Assembly: GCA_964016885.1 (NCBI GenBank) | Contig: OZ024743.1 | Span: 331,142,001-331,206,000 of the forward strand | From: Eledone cirrhosa | Taxonomy: Eukaryota | Reading direction: 5' to 3' | Length of the DNA stretch: 64,000 bases | Part shown: positions 21,985 through 35,244 of the stretch, one piece after another | Layout: each line of letters opens with the position of its first letter | How positions within the stretch are numbered: the stretch's first letter is position 1 | Notes under the pieces: generated by a model | What the model was told of the DNA's origin: nothing | Database searches by the model: none | Seen by the model: only the letters and a program-made list of their open reading frames with translations | Program-made: the position numbers and the translations under genes

Positions 21985-22934
21985 ATCCACTGGATTCTAT
22001 CTCCTTCAACTGCCCAGATGGTTCTATAGAAATAGTAGACACCTTCCGTTACCTGGGTGACAAAATCAGCAGTGCAGGAGGGTGCTCTGAAAGTACAGTA
22101 GCCAGAGTTAGAACGGGATGAAAACAGTTCAGAGAGCTAATACCGCTGTTGGCCACAAGGAGTTTTTCTCTAAAAGTGAAAGGCAGATTGTATGATGCTT
22201 GTATACGGATGGTGATATTACATGGTAGTGAGACCTGGGTGTAGTGTGCTGAAGAGTTGCGTAGATTAGAAAGAAATGAAGCTTGCATGCTCCGATGGGT
22301 GTGTAATAGTAATGTGCGCGAACGACAAAGCATAAATGAATTGAGAGAGAGACTAAGCTTAAGAGGTATCAAATGTTGTGTTCTGGAGAGGAGATTGTGT
22401 TGGTAAGGACATGTGGTGCGTATGAAGGATGACAGCTGTATAAAAAGTGCAGACCAATGAAAATTGATGGAAGCTACAGACTGGGTAGACCAAGAAAAAC
22501 CTGGGACAAGGTGATAAAAACTGACCTTGTTCACTTACACCTCTCTAAGACAATATCACTAGATCGAGATCTTTGGCACCATGCAGTTGTACAGAAGACC
22601 TGCCTTCCCTTGCATACAAACCTACAGTCAGTAGGCACCTCTTAACCCAATATACCACACTACCTACCCCATCCTCCCATTCCGTCCACTGTGTCAATGA
22701 CACAACAAAAAGCACCCAGTCCACACTGTAAGGTGGCTATGTAGGAGACATGGTAAAAAGCTCCCAGTCCACACCGTAAATGTGGTTGGTGTTAGGAAGG
22801 GCATCCAACCATAGAAAACCTGCCAGAGACACTTCCATACAAGTGAGACACAGTCTCCCAACCATTCCCGCAACAAATGGAACAAAACCATCTAACCCAT
22901 GCTAGCGTGGAAGATGGATGTTAAACGATGATGA
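21985..22934 (+). mobile_element. Decayed 5'-truncated RTE copy (RT C-terminus + 3'UTR)
   Basis: Homologous to 14040-14950 with in-frame stops (TGA at GW, TAG, TAA); ends gatgatgat. Confidence 0.9.
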
Positions 22935-23056
22935 TAGCCTGATAGTGGGGTTTAGAACTCTCTAAGAAATGGAAAGAGATGAGTATTGATGTACATGTAC
23001 GTCAGTACTCATCTTTTTCCATTTCTTAGAGAGTTCTAAACCCCATTATCAGGCTA
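22935..23056. repeat. 122-bp loopless palindrome
   Basis: 61-bp arms centred on gtacatgtac with 4 mismatches. Confidence 0.95.
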
Positions 23057-23390
23057 AAATTTTTTCAATCAAAAATACGGCCAAAGCTTCTATTTCTAAT
23101 TTCAAACTCGCTCGCTGTTTCAAAACATACTTACTTGTCATATATATATATATATATATTAAAGTTTTTGCTCCAACATAGCAATATATATATATGTGAA
23201 TTTGAGGAAGCACTATCTTGATGATGACCAGAGCCAGAAATCCATTGGCAGTTGTCCCCCACTACTTCTGCTGAAATCCGCTGGACAGCGCTAGCAGTCA
23301 GCTTTTCAATATTCATGACTAGAAGGCTTTCCAAATGATTATTCATAAACATACTGTATATCGTTCGATATATGAAATTCACATATATAC

Positions 23391-23423
<33 letters not shown>

Positions 23424-23654
23424 AATGAAATCTGAGTTTTTCGAATATTAATAATAATATTTGATTCATTTGCAATTATGCAAACAGCCTCTTTTAAGCC
23501 ATGTCAGTAGAATGAGCCCCTAATCATTGCTCTTGTGTTGGCATGCAAATGAATGGAATATTATTATTAATATTAAAAAAACTCAGATTATATTTATTGT
23601 ATTCAGCCATGTAGAGTGATAACTTTTCCTTTTTGTTATATATATATCGACAGT

Positions 23655-23812
23655 CGATTGACTTTCGTCAAATTGGACCGAGGAAACAGCATTTCCATTG
23701 GTCTTTCCAATTGCTAATACTATCTATCGGTCGTAACTCTAGGTGAAATAAAGTGTCTTGCTCAAGGACATAATGCATCGCCCGGTCCAGGAATGCATTT
23801 GACCTCCAATCA
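23655..23812 (-). mobile_element. Degenerate SINE (family S3; also 37458-37674 minus and 57125-57320 plus)
   Basis: gactttcgtcaaa..ggac.gaggaaac..ttccaattgctaatactatctat..gtgtcttgctcaaggacataa, shared largely by the three loci. Confidence 0.7.
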
Positions 23813-24337
23813 CAGTGCAACTGTCTATGGAGGTGTGAACTATAAACAGACATTTGTATCAATGCAGTGAAATGTATGAATGGTAAGAAGTCTGGACTAG
23901 TGAAGGCATGTGGCTAAGTGATGGAGTCATGGGTGCACTGTAGTGAAATACACGTCTGGGGCATTTAAACCTAATAGGACTCATCCCTCTCCAGGTCTGA
24001 ACACAGCCAATTTCTTTTAGAGAAAGAGAGAGTGAAAAAGAGACATGGAAGAAAAATAGCCCCCCCCCCCATACTGAACTGGTGCGATTTTCATCATTAT
24101 CATTATCGTTGTTTTAACGTCCATTTTCCATCGACCCCAAAAAGATGAAAAGCAAAGTTGACCTCAACAGGAATTGAACTGAGAGTGGAGAGAACCAGAA
24201 TAATTACAGCAAAGTATTTTATCATACAGCATGGGTTGGATGAGATGTTTTGAGGCAGTATTCTTGACACCAGCTTTTAATTATTTTTTAGAATGTTACT
24301 TATTTCAAACTTCCCACGCTTCAAACCGGTAAGATGC

Positions 24338-24520
24338 TTCTTCTTCTTCTTCTTGGTCGATGAGACTGGGGTCATCTTAGGCCAGTGATCCCAGAGCCAA
24401 CCAGGTCCACCTGTACCCTCCATCATTGGTGGTCCCATGCCAGCCCTTCTGCATCCTCCAAGGTGACGTTGAGCCTTTGGAGACCTTCCTTGATGGCATC
24501 CAGCCTCTGGTATGGGGGCC
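24338..24520 (-). mobile_element. RTE-type 3' fragment of an (AAG)n-tailed family
   Basis: Minus ORF QRLDAIKEGLQRLNVTLEDAEGLAWDH resembles an RTE C-terminus; (ttc)n tail; similar terminus at 46660-46745. Confidence 0.6.
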
Positions 24521-24562
24521 ATCTAGTAAGATGCAGCATATACAGAAAATGACACTGGCTTT

Positions 24563-26666
24563 TTAACCCTTTAGCATTTAAACCGGCCATATCCGGCCAG
24601 AATTCTCTCACCTCTTTCTGTTCAAACCGGCTGTAACTGGCCACTCATACTGATATTAAGGTATTGTTCTCAAAATAAATAACATTGAAATCTCATAGAT
24701 TCAATATTCATCATCATCATCATCATCATTGTTTAACGTCCATGTTCCACGCTTGCATGGGTTTGGACGGGAGTTTTCCCACTTGAGGCAAGAGTGGTTG
24801 TCTTGCTCGCATAGGACTGTCTGGTGGGTTTTCTACAGCTGGATGCCCTTCCTAACACCAACCACATTTACAGTGTGGGGCTGGGAGGTTTTTACCGTGT
24901 TGCCTACACGGCCACATTACAGCGTGGACTGTGTTATTTTATTTTTTATTTATTTTTTTTTTGTCGTGACACCTACACGATCTCATTTGTTTCGGCCTGG
25001 ATGTTGTGGTACCAACATAACTTTACATTGAAAGGGGCGGTGTGGATGGGGTGGGGGTGGTGGGACGGGTGTGTTTTGTTAGAGATGCCTACTGACTGTA
25101 GTAGGTTTTACTTTGTATTTCAGGTAAGGTGGGTCTTCTCTATTACTGAGTACCGCCAAAGATCTCGGTCCAGTGACATTGTCTTGGAGAGGTGTAAGTG
25201 TGTGAGGTCGGAATTTATCAGGTCGTCCCAGGTTTTTCTGGGTCTGCCTACTCCGTGGCTACCGCCTATCTTTATTGCCCTGCACTTTTTTATACAGCTG
25301 TCGTCTTTCATGCACATCACGTGACCATACCAACGTAGCCTTCTCTCGACTAAACATCTGATCCCTCTTATTTCTAATTTTTCCCTTAGTTCGTTTATGC
25401 TTTGCCGTTCGCGTATATTACTATTACACATCCAGCGGAGCATGCAAGCTTCGTTCCTCTCTAGTCTGCGTATATCCTCTGCACACAATGCCCAGGTCTC
25501 ACTGCCATGCAACATTGCTGTTCGTATGCAGGCATCATACAGCCTGCCTTTCATTTTTAGGGAGAACCCTTTAGCGGCTAATAGTGGTATAAGCTCTCTG
25601 AACTTTTTCCATCCAGTTCTGACTCTAGCTACTGTACTTTCAGAGCACCCTCCCCCACTGCTGATTTTGTCACCCAGGTAACGGAAGCTGTCCACTATTT
25701 CTATAGAACCCTCTGCGCAATTGAAAGAGCTAGTATTTTGTGGGCACTTGCTGCTACTTATTGCACCAGAGCACTGGCCACATGTAAAATCTATGTTCTT
25801 AGTTAGCTTACCTGTGATCCCACTACATCTTTTATGCACCCCTACTTTGCATTTGGGACATAAAATGGAGTTTCTACCTACGCCTTTCCTACACACTGAG
25901 CATGGCCATTTCTCGGAAGGGACCGCCGCCTTATTTTCTTTCCTACAAACTAGAACTTTAGTCTTAGCCAGGTTAATTTTAAGGCCTTTTGATTCTAGGC
26001 CGTGCTTCCATGTTTGGAATTTCTTCTCTAGCTCGGCCATTGATTCAGCTATGAGCGTTAGATCATCTGCGTATAGGAGTTCCCATGGGCAGCCGGTCTT
26101 GAACTCCACTGTTATAGCCTGTAGGGCAATAATAAATAGTAGGGGGCTAAGAACAGAGCCCTGATGAACACCAACTTTTACGCTAAACTCTTCACTAAAC
26201 TCTTCACTATATTCGTTGTTAATTCTAACCTTGCTGACTGTTTCTTTATACATGGCTTGTATAGCTCTCACAAGCCATTCATCAACACCTAGTTTTCTAA
26301 GAGCCCACCAGATAATGGAACGGGGGACTCTGTCGAACGCTTTCTCCAAGTCGACAAAGGCTAAGTATAGGGGTTTACTTTTAGCTAGGTACTTCTCCTG
26401 TAGTTGTCGTACAATGAAAAGAGCGTCTGTGGTACTTTTGCCTGACATAAACCCGAACTGCATTTCATCTAGATCAATTCTCTCTCTGATTAGTTGCACT
26501 ATTACTTTTTCCGTGACCTTCATGACCTGGTCGATTAATTTAATGCCTCTATAGTTACTCCTATCTAGGGCGTCTCCTTTACCATGTAAGATAATTATGT
26601 AAGATAAAGCCTTTACCGCGAAAATACAATAGTATATATAGAGTAATGTAAATACTAAAGGGTTAA
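24563..26666. mobile_element. piggyBac-like MITE (TTAA|CCCTTTAG...CTAAAGGG|TTAA) interrupted by an RTE insertion
   Basis: ttaaccctttagcattta at 24563 and taaatactaaagggttaa ending at 26666; the two halves match the uninterrupted copy at 35245-35383 in opposite orientation. Confidence 0.8.
24709..26583 (-). mobile_element. 5'-truncated RTE copy (family B) with open RT-PHD frame from 26583 to 25120
   Basis: GKGDALDRSNYRGIKL...FVDLEKAFD...QGSVLSP...YADD...PHD...RRLRWYGH; in-frame EEFS duplication; (GAT)n tail at 24709-24729. Confidence 0.95.
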
Positions 26667-27010
26667 GCAGTGTCAATGTGGAAACATAAACAGAGACAAT
26701 CACACACACAAATGAGGGGCTTTAGCACAGTTTCTGTCTAACAAATTTCATCAACAAGACATTAGTTATACTGAGGCTATGGTGCCACGTGGTAGAATTG
26801 AAGCTGAAACCACGTGGGGTGTATAGTAAACTACACAGCCATGCTTAAAACTTTCAAGTTCTTGCAATATTTAAGTTGCACATACAAGGAAATTTCAGCG
26901 TCTGATATGAATCTTGTTAATAATTAAAAACCTCCTATTTTCATCAAACAAGTTTCTTACTTAATGAGTTCTTTCGGGGAAAGTAATTAGAGTGATTAAC
27001 AGATGGATTA

Positions 27011-27250
<240 letters not shown>

Positions 27251-27429
27251 TTATAAATGTATAAAAAATGAGTGTTTAAAATAGTATATTGTACTTAAAA
27301 CGTTCAAACATTAACTGAATAAGTATTCAATACGTGTAGGTAGAGTGTACATTTTATTTTCTGAATAGAAAACTGGAAGTGTCTTTGAAGTTTCAATCTG
27401 GTCATTTCATTGCAGACAGATGAAACAAC

Positions 27430-27885
27430 CAAAGCACCCAGTCCAGCCTGTATAGTGATCCTGTTGGTGACACTAGAAAAAAGTACCCAGTCCACCCTGT
27501 AAAGTAGTCATGTTGGTGACACTAGAAAAAAGTTCCCAGTCCACCCTGTAAAGTGGTTATGTTGGTGATACTAGAAAAAGCACATAGTCCACCTTGTGAA
27601 GTGGTCATGTTGGTGTCACTAGAAAAAAGCTCCCAGTTCACCCTTGTAAAGTGATTATGATGGTGACATTAGAAAAAAAGCTCCCAGTCCACCCCTGTAA
27701 AGTGATTATGTTGGTGACTCTAGAAAAAAAGCTTCCAGTCCACCCTGTAAAGTGATTACATTGGTGTCACTAGAAAAAAGCACCCAGTCCACTCTGTAAT
27801 GTGGTCATGTTGATAACATAGAAAAAACACCCAGTCCACTCTGGAAAGTGGTTATGTTGGTGACACTAAAAAAACACCCAGTCCA
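27430..27885. repeat. ~47-bp degenerate minisatellite (about 9-10 copies) resembling the RTE 3'UTR module
   Basis: Unit cccagtccaccctgtaaagtggttatgttggtgacactagaaaaaag vs LINE UTR aaaagcacccagtccacactgtaaggtgg. Confidence 0.85.
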
Positions 27886-28374
27886 GATATAGAAATAGAA
27901 TCAACCTTAGTATAAATATGGGTCTTTATTCATTGACCCTAAAAAGATGACATGCACAGTTGACCTTGGCAGGATTTGAACACAGAATATTAAAAGACAA
28001 GCGCAATACATTGTATCCAGAGTTCTAATGATTCTACCACTTGATCAACCCAGACGCTATATAGTAAGTCATTGAATTCACCTCAAAACTATCCTAGTTT
28101 CAAAAGATGTTATATGTTTATTCACAGGCTACATATGTAATTCTAATTGTTAACAGCTGTAAATTCTTCCATTATTTAGTCTATCAAAAGAAAGCAGTGA
28201 TTCCATGAACAGACATTAAAAATATATAACACAATGTTATTGGACATTTCATAATGAACCGTAATGAAGATGGTTCTAGAACACTTTTATATATATATAT
28301 ATATATTTTTTTTTTGTAAAGCTTTAATGAGGAACAAACAAACCTAAAGAAGACAACAGAACAATTAGCATTGC

Positions 28375-28628
28375 ATGTGTGTCTGTATGTATGTGTGTGT
28401 CTGTGAATGCATGTGTGTGTGTCTCAGTGCATGTGCATGTGCATGTGTGTGTGTGTGTGTATGTGTATATGTGTGTGCATGGGTGTGTATGTGTGAGTGT
28501 GTGTATGTGTGAGTGTGTGTATGTGTGTGTGTGTGTGCCTTCATAATAGTCCTGTTTAGTTTTATCAGTTGGGTAAAGGAGGTAAGGTTGGACTAGGACA
28601 GGGGCTAGAGAGAGAGAGAGTGAGAGAG

Positions 28629-28691
<63 letters not shown>

Positions 28692-28709
28692 TGAGAGAGG
28701 GGGAGGGAG

Positions 28710-28794
<85 letters not shown>

Positions 28795-28800
28795 GAGCGA

Positions 28801-28854
<54 letters not shown>

Positions 28855-28866
28855 GAGCGAGAGAGC

Positions 28867-28936
<70 letters not shown>

Positions 28937-28985
28937 GAGAGAGAGAGAGAGAGCGAGAGAGAGCGAGAGAGAGAGAGAGAGAGAG
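28375..28985. repeat. (GT)n and (GA)n microsatellites
   Basis: (GT)-rich 28375-28537; (GA)n 28608-28985. Confidence 0.95.
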
Positions 28986-29258
28986 CTCTTGTATTGCAAT
29001 TGTAATATATTATATTCTAATAGCTGTATAGTATTCTCTGTCTGTCTGTCACAAATGGAAGCTATCTGTTAAAAAGGTTCTGAAAATTTTTATTTAGGAT
29101 TCATGGAACACAAAAGTAAGAGAGAAGGGGATGGAGAGGGAGGTTGGGCAAATATTCCCAAAATTCTTTCCTTTAGGTCATTGAATGGAGCTCAACAGGT
29201 TTCAACAATGAGTGTTCCAGCTGAGTTGTCCAATCAACAAAGCACCCAAGCTTATGAA

Positions 29259-29480
29259 TTAACCCTTTCATGGCAATATTTCTAATGAAATACACTCTAT
29301 TTTAATTAATTAATGAATAATTTGGGGAGATTTACTAATTAATTATTTCATTACTTAGATATGTAAGGTTCTTAATGTAAGGTTCTTATATAAAATTTAA
29401 TTTAAATTGGAAACCTTAAAAATGGGTGCCTTTATTTCATAGAACCAGAGCCAGTTTTGGCAGGGTTGGTAACTAAAGGA
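29259..29480 (+). mobile_element. piggyBac-like MITE, family 2 (degenerate)
   Basis: Begins ttaaccctttca..atatttctaatgaaatacac; colinear with 62820-63054, which ends ctaaagggttaa. Confidence 0.65.
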
Positions 29481-29784
29481 AAGTTATTAAGTATTCCACA
29501 AACACGTGTACTCTTAACATAATTCCCAAGCTGAATCAGCTTGCCACTTTACAATAGAGCTAGACCTTTACAATGCATAATTAATCTGATGGGCATCTAT
29601 ACAGTCTTCACCTACCCAGGGCCAGACTTTCATCAGCTGAAGCCTTAAGTTATTTGAAATTTCAAGCCCTTCTCTAAAAAATATAATTACTTTTTATATT
29701 TAAGTTAATGATAAAGAATAAATGATATATATATATATATATATATATATTGCAAGCAGGGAAAAGCAAACATAAAATGATGAT

Positions 29785-29848
<64 letters not shown>

Positions 29849-29878
29849 CAAGCAGGGAAAAGCAGACGTAAAATGATG

Positions 29879-29925
<47 letters not shown>

Positions 29926-30504
29926 ACTAGAAATTGATTAACATATAAATAAACATGAATAACCACAGGAGATAAGTTTTACAAGTGTGTAACCACACAT
30001 AGCTAGGTAGGTAACTAAATAAAGTTGACCAGAACTTCAAAAATAGATACCTTATAATATGATTAATCTCATTTGATTAAATAGATTAAATTCATTTGAT
30101 TTATCTTAATTTTGGATATATATATATATATACATTTTATCATTAACATAAATATAAAAAGTAATTATATATATATATGATGGGGTAGACATTGGCTCTG
30201 TAAACCGTAGTGAAGGCAACCCATCTAGGAGAGCAGACACACCAAATAAAAAATAACAAAGGGTGGAGAGGACTCTTGAGTCCAGTAAGACAACCTCTAT
30301 AGTGTTGGTGGCACAAACAATGCATCCAGTCTACACTGTAAGATGGTTGGTGATAGAAAGTGCATTCAGCCAGAAAAACCCTGCCAAAATATGAACAGTA
30401 CGACAAACATAACTCCCTGTGTAACCCATGCAATTGTGGAAAAGCATACATAAAGATGATGATGATGATGATATATAATTTTTTTATGATTTAGTGTTAA
30501 AATG

Positions 30505-30830
30505 ACTTAGTGATTAGAGTGTCAGGCTTACAATTGTGAGGTTGTGAGTTCAATACTCGGACCAGGCTTTGCATTGTGTTCTTGAGCAAGACACTTTATT
30601 TACCATTGCTCTAGTTCACTCAGCTGTAGAAATAAGTTGCAACATTGCTGGTGCCAAGCTGTATCGGCCATTGCCTTTCCCTTGGACAGCATTGGTGATG
30701 TAGAGAGGGGAGGCTGGTATGCATGGGCGACTGCTGGTCTTCGACAAACAGCCTTGCCCAGACTTTTGCCTCAGAGGGAACTTTCTAGGTTCAAATTCCA
30801 TGATCATTCATGACTGAAGGGGGTCTTTAC
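30505..30830 (+). mobile_element. tRNA-headed SINE sharing the S1 head and centre but with a different 3' half
   Basis: gtgagttcaatactcggacc...ttcttgagcaagacactttattt...cactcagctgtagaaat, then unrelated sequence. Confidence 0.7.
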
Positions 30831-31246
30831 CAGTGTTAAAGGATGAAAACTTAAGATAAAAATATATTTTTTAGAATGAGGTCCCCGATAGTATGTGGCC
30901 CTAAGCTATAACTTATTTAGGTTATAGGTAAATCCAACACTGCATCTACCCAATTTTTCTCACAATGCTTGAGTTGACTGAAGGCCACTTGCTAAAGATA
31001 CCACATAGTGGGATCAAAACCAAGACCTCATGAGTGCAAAACAAAGTTCTTAACCACACAGCCATATCTGTCTTTTGTTGTAAATAAGAGCCAGTAATAG
31101 ATAGAGATTTAGAGCTATTGTATAGCAGAGCACAAGAGTTGTTGAATAGGAGATTAAGATGTTCGGAAGTCTTAATGAAGTGTTTTATGGAGGGGGTATT
31201 TAGTTTATGTCTTGACTGATACAGACTATTGGCTTTTTACATAGAC

Positions 31247-33100
31247 TCATCATCAACAACACCAACACCATCACCAACAACAACAATAGCATCAATACAA
31301 CCACCACCAACAACTCCACCACCGCCACCACCAACAACAACACCACCACCACCAACATCAACAACACCACCATCAACATCAACACCACCACCACCAATAA
31401 CATCAACAACAGCCACATCAACACCACCACCAACAGCAACACCACCACTACCACCAATAACAGCAACATCAACAACAACAATTTCACAACTGGTTATAAG
31501 CTATTTATTTCTTTGGTTGGCAGACTGACCGATAACTAGTATTGATCTCTGCAACAGGCACAACGCCAATTTTATCAGAGATGGAGAGCTGTAATTGATT
31601 GATTGAATCAACATCAACAGTATCAGCATCATAACTATCAATATCATCACCACCATCATCACTATCACCACCACCAGCATCACTATCATCACTACCAACA
31701 TCACCACCACCATTATCATCATTAACATCACCACCACCATCATTACTAACATCACCACTACCACCATCATCACCAACATCATCACCACTACCATCACCAA
31801 CACTACTAACATCATCACTATCATCACTATCATCACTATCATCACCACCAGCATCACAACCAACATCAACAATATCACGACATCACCCCCACCAACACTA
31901 TCACCAACAACTACCTCCACCACCACCACCAACAACTACCTCCACCACCACCACCAACAACTACCACCACCACCACCATCAACTACCACCACCATTAACT
32001 ACCACCACCACCAACTACCACCACCACCAACTACCACCACCATTAACTACCACCACCACCACCAACTACCACCACCACCAACTACCTCCACCACCAACTA
32101 CCAATACCACCAACTACCACCACCACCAAGTACCTCCACCACCAACTACCACCACCATCACCACCAACAACTACCACCACCACCAACTACCACCACCACC
32201 ACCACCAACTACCACCACCACCAACTACCACCACCAACTACCAACACCACCAACTACCACCACCACCAACTACCCCCACCACCAACTACCACCACCACCA
32301 ACTACCTCCACCACCAACTACCTCCACCACCAACTACCTCCACCACCAACTACCTCCACCACCAACTACCAACACCACCAACTACCACCACCACCACCAA
32401 CTACCACCACCACCAACTACCACCACCACCAACTACCACTACCACCAACTAACTCCACCACCAACTACCTCCACCACCAACTACCAACACCATCCAACTA
32501 CCAACACCACCAACTACCACCACCACCACCACCAACTACCTCCACCACCAACTACCTCCACCACCACCACCAACAACTACCACCACCACCAACCACCACC
32601 ACCACCAACTACCAACACCATCAACTACCACCACCACCAACATACACCACCACCAACTACCACCACCACCAACTACCTCCACCACCAACTACCACCACCA
32701 CCAACTACCACCACCACCAACTACCACCACCACCAACTACCACCACCACCAACTACCAACACCACCAACTACCACCACCACCAACTACCAACACCACCAA
32801 CTACCTCCACCACCAACTACCTCCACCACCACCACCACCAACTACCTCCACCACCAACTACCAACTACCACCACCACCAACTACCACCAACTACCACCAC
32901 CACCAACTACCACCAACTACCTCCACCACCAACTACCACCACCACCAACTACCACCACCACCACCACCAACTACCACCACCACCAACTACCTCCACCACC
33001 ACCACCAACTACCACCAACTACCAACACCACCACCAATACCACCAACTACCACAACTACCACCACCAACTACCACCACAACTACCACCACCAACACCACC
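31247..33100. repeat. (ACC/AAC/ATC)n compound microsatellite
   Basis: accaccaccaact repeats with a short unique interruption near 31490-31605. Confidence 0.95.
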
Positions 33101-33191
33101 AAATGTGAAAAATTAATAAGGAATGAGGTGGGGGGGGGGGGCATTATTTAAGACCTGAGAATATAAACAGTTTTATAGCCAAGCTATAAAA

Positions 33192-33569
33192 CTGTTTATT
33201 TACATGACAAGATGTTGTATGATTTAGTGCGATAACCTTGAGTTCCTTATTAAATATAAGATATAGAAATATCATCTGTTTATATACATGACAAGATGTT
33301 GTATGATAACCTTGAGTTCCTTATTAAATATAAGATATAGAAATATCATCTGTTTATATACATGACAAGATGTTGTATGATAACCTTGAGTTCCTTATTA
33401 AATATAAGATATAGAAATATCATCTGTTTATGTACATGACAAGATGTTGTATGATAACCTTGAGTCCCTTATTAATTATAAGATATAGAAATATCATCTG
33501 TTTATATACATGACAAGATGTATGATAATCTCGAGTCCCTTATTAAATATAAGATATAGAAATATCATC
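33192..33569. repeat. 74-bp minisatellite, 5 copies
   Basis: catgacaagatg at 33203, 33287, 33361, 33435 and 33509. Confidence 0.95.
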
Positions 33570-33632
33570 AAAAGGCAAAAAAACAATAGGAAAATGTGAG
33601 AAATGTTTATATAATAGAAATAAAATGTTTAC

Positions 33633-33853
33633 TTGGGATCAGCATGTCTTTGTAGGTGTACTTTCAGTAACCACATAACACTCTGTTTCGGCAGGAAGAG
33701 AGATACACACATAGACAACAATTCCCAACCTTGAAGGATGGTGTAGGGTGCTGGATTTAACTTGGATTCAGAAAGATCCATAATGGATGATGATGGAGAT
33801 TTATGTGAACTGTCACAAATGAACCAGGAATGTTTACCACAGAGGAGCAGATT
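33633..33853 (-). CDS. PLEKHH: PLEKHH-like exon D (MyTH4; missing from the ORF track): NLLLCGKHSWFICDSSHKSPSSSIMDLSESKLNPAPYTILQGWELLSMCVSLFLPKQSVMWLLKVHLQRHADP(K)
   Basis: Translated by hand: ttttcag|AAT...CCC AA|gtaaac; 221 nt, phase 0/2; MyTH4 motif GWELLSMCVSLFLP and LQRHADP. Confidence 0.93.
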
Positions 33854-33944
33854 CTGAAAATATTCAAATAGGAAATGGAATTATTTCAAATAAGTTAATG
33901 TAGTGAAAAAATAAAAGTAGAATTTCACAAATATTGTGTGTCCT

Positions 33945-34372
33945 TAGCTAGCCATACATTGTGTGCCTGAGTATTTAGCATCCTTGGCAAGCCCTATATG
34001 TGCCTGGGTATTTGACACCCTAGGCTAGCCTTACAATAAGTGCCTGAGCATTTAGCATCTTAGGCAAGCCCTATAATGTGCACCTGGGTATTTAACACCC
34101 TAGGCTAGCCATACAATATGTGCCTGGGTATTTAACTCCCTAGGCTAGCCATACATGTGCCTGAGTATTTAGTGTCCTAGGCAAGCCCTATAATGTGCAC
34201 CTGGGTATTTAACACCCTAGGCACGCACTATAATATGCACCTGGGTATTTAACACCCTAGGCACGCTCTATAATGTGCACCTTGGTGCTTAACACCCTAG
34301 GCTAGCCATATGTGTGCCTGAGAGTTTAGCATCCTAGGCAAGCCCTATAATGTGCACCTTAGGCTAGCCCTA
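33945..34372. repeat. ~39-40-bp minisatellite, about 11 copies
   Basis: Unit gtgcctgggtatttaacaccctaggctagccatacaatat with alternating variants. Confidence 0.9.
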
Positions 34373-34817
34373 CAAAATAAAATAATTTCATCTTTGTTTT
34401 TTAGGCTGATGAATCAACTTTTTAACACTTCTTGCTCTCCACGCTAAGAAAAGGACTAAACCTGAATTTTCAACTACACAGACCACACTCACCCATACTA
34501 AATCATGTGACAGGTCATATCACCATATCACCCTCTCCATTGCCTTGGATATTTCCATAACACTGCTACACAGCAACAATGTGATTTATTTATTGATCAC
34601 AGAAAATTATTATATATTCAATTATATTTTACAAATTTATATAAAACTGTGATCCTTTAAAGGCTCAATAATGAGCCTTCTAGAAAGAGCCTGCACCCTT
34701 GTTAACTGCCTTGTGGGTCTTAATGGTATAAAACTGAACTGATTTATTAAGGCTCAGTAATGTGCCTCTCTGAAGTCTGGCAGCTTAGGTGGATTTAATG
34801 GTAGCACCATTTTGTAG

Positions 34818-35168
34818 TCATCATCATCACCGTTTTACATCCGTTCTTCCACGCTAGCATGGGTTAGACGGGTTGTCCTGTTGTGGGCAGTGTCTGGTCG
34901 GCTGACCATGCCTTGCTCATACAGGAACTGATTTGGCTTGATTTCTACAGCTGGATGCCCTTCCTAACACCAACCTCATTTACAGTGAGTGCTGGGTGCT
35001 TTTTCGTGGCGCCTACACGTCCACTTTACAGTGTGGGCTGGGTGCTTTTTTGCCGTGGCACCTCCACGACCACCTTGCAGTGGGGGTATATTGTCTATAT
35101 GCTTCAGCTTGTACCCATGGGAGGTCGGGTACTCTGTATTACTGCGTGACTCCAGAGGTCACGGTCGT
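34818..35168 (-). mobile_element. RTE family A 3' end
   Basis: Nearly identical to the reverse complement of 14590-14945. Confidence 0.92.
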
Positions 35169-35244
35169 AACATATTAAAACATCACTGGTCAAAGAAGAA
35201 AAACTAGATATTATTGTACTAAAACACAATTGGTTACTCATATT

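Noticed and set aside
26584-26709. N-terminal 42 aa of ORF 25120..26709
   Set aside because: Lies outside the LINE, in MITE and flanking DNA; chance in-frame extension of a 5'-truncated copy.
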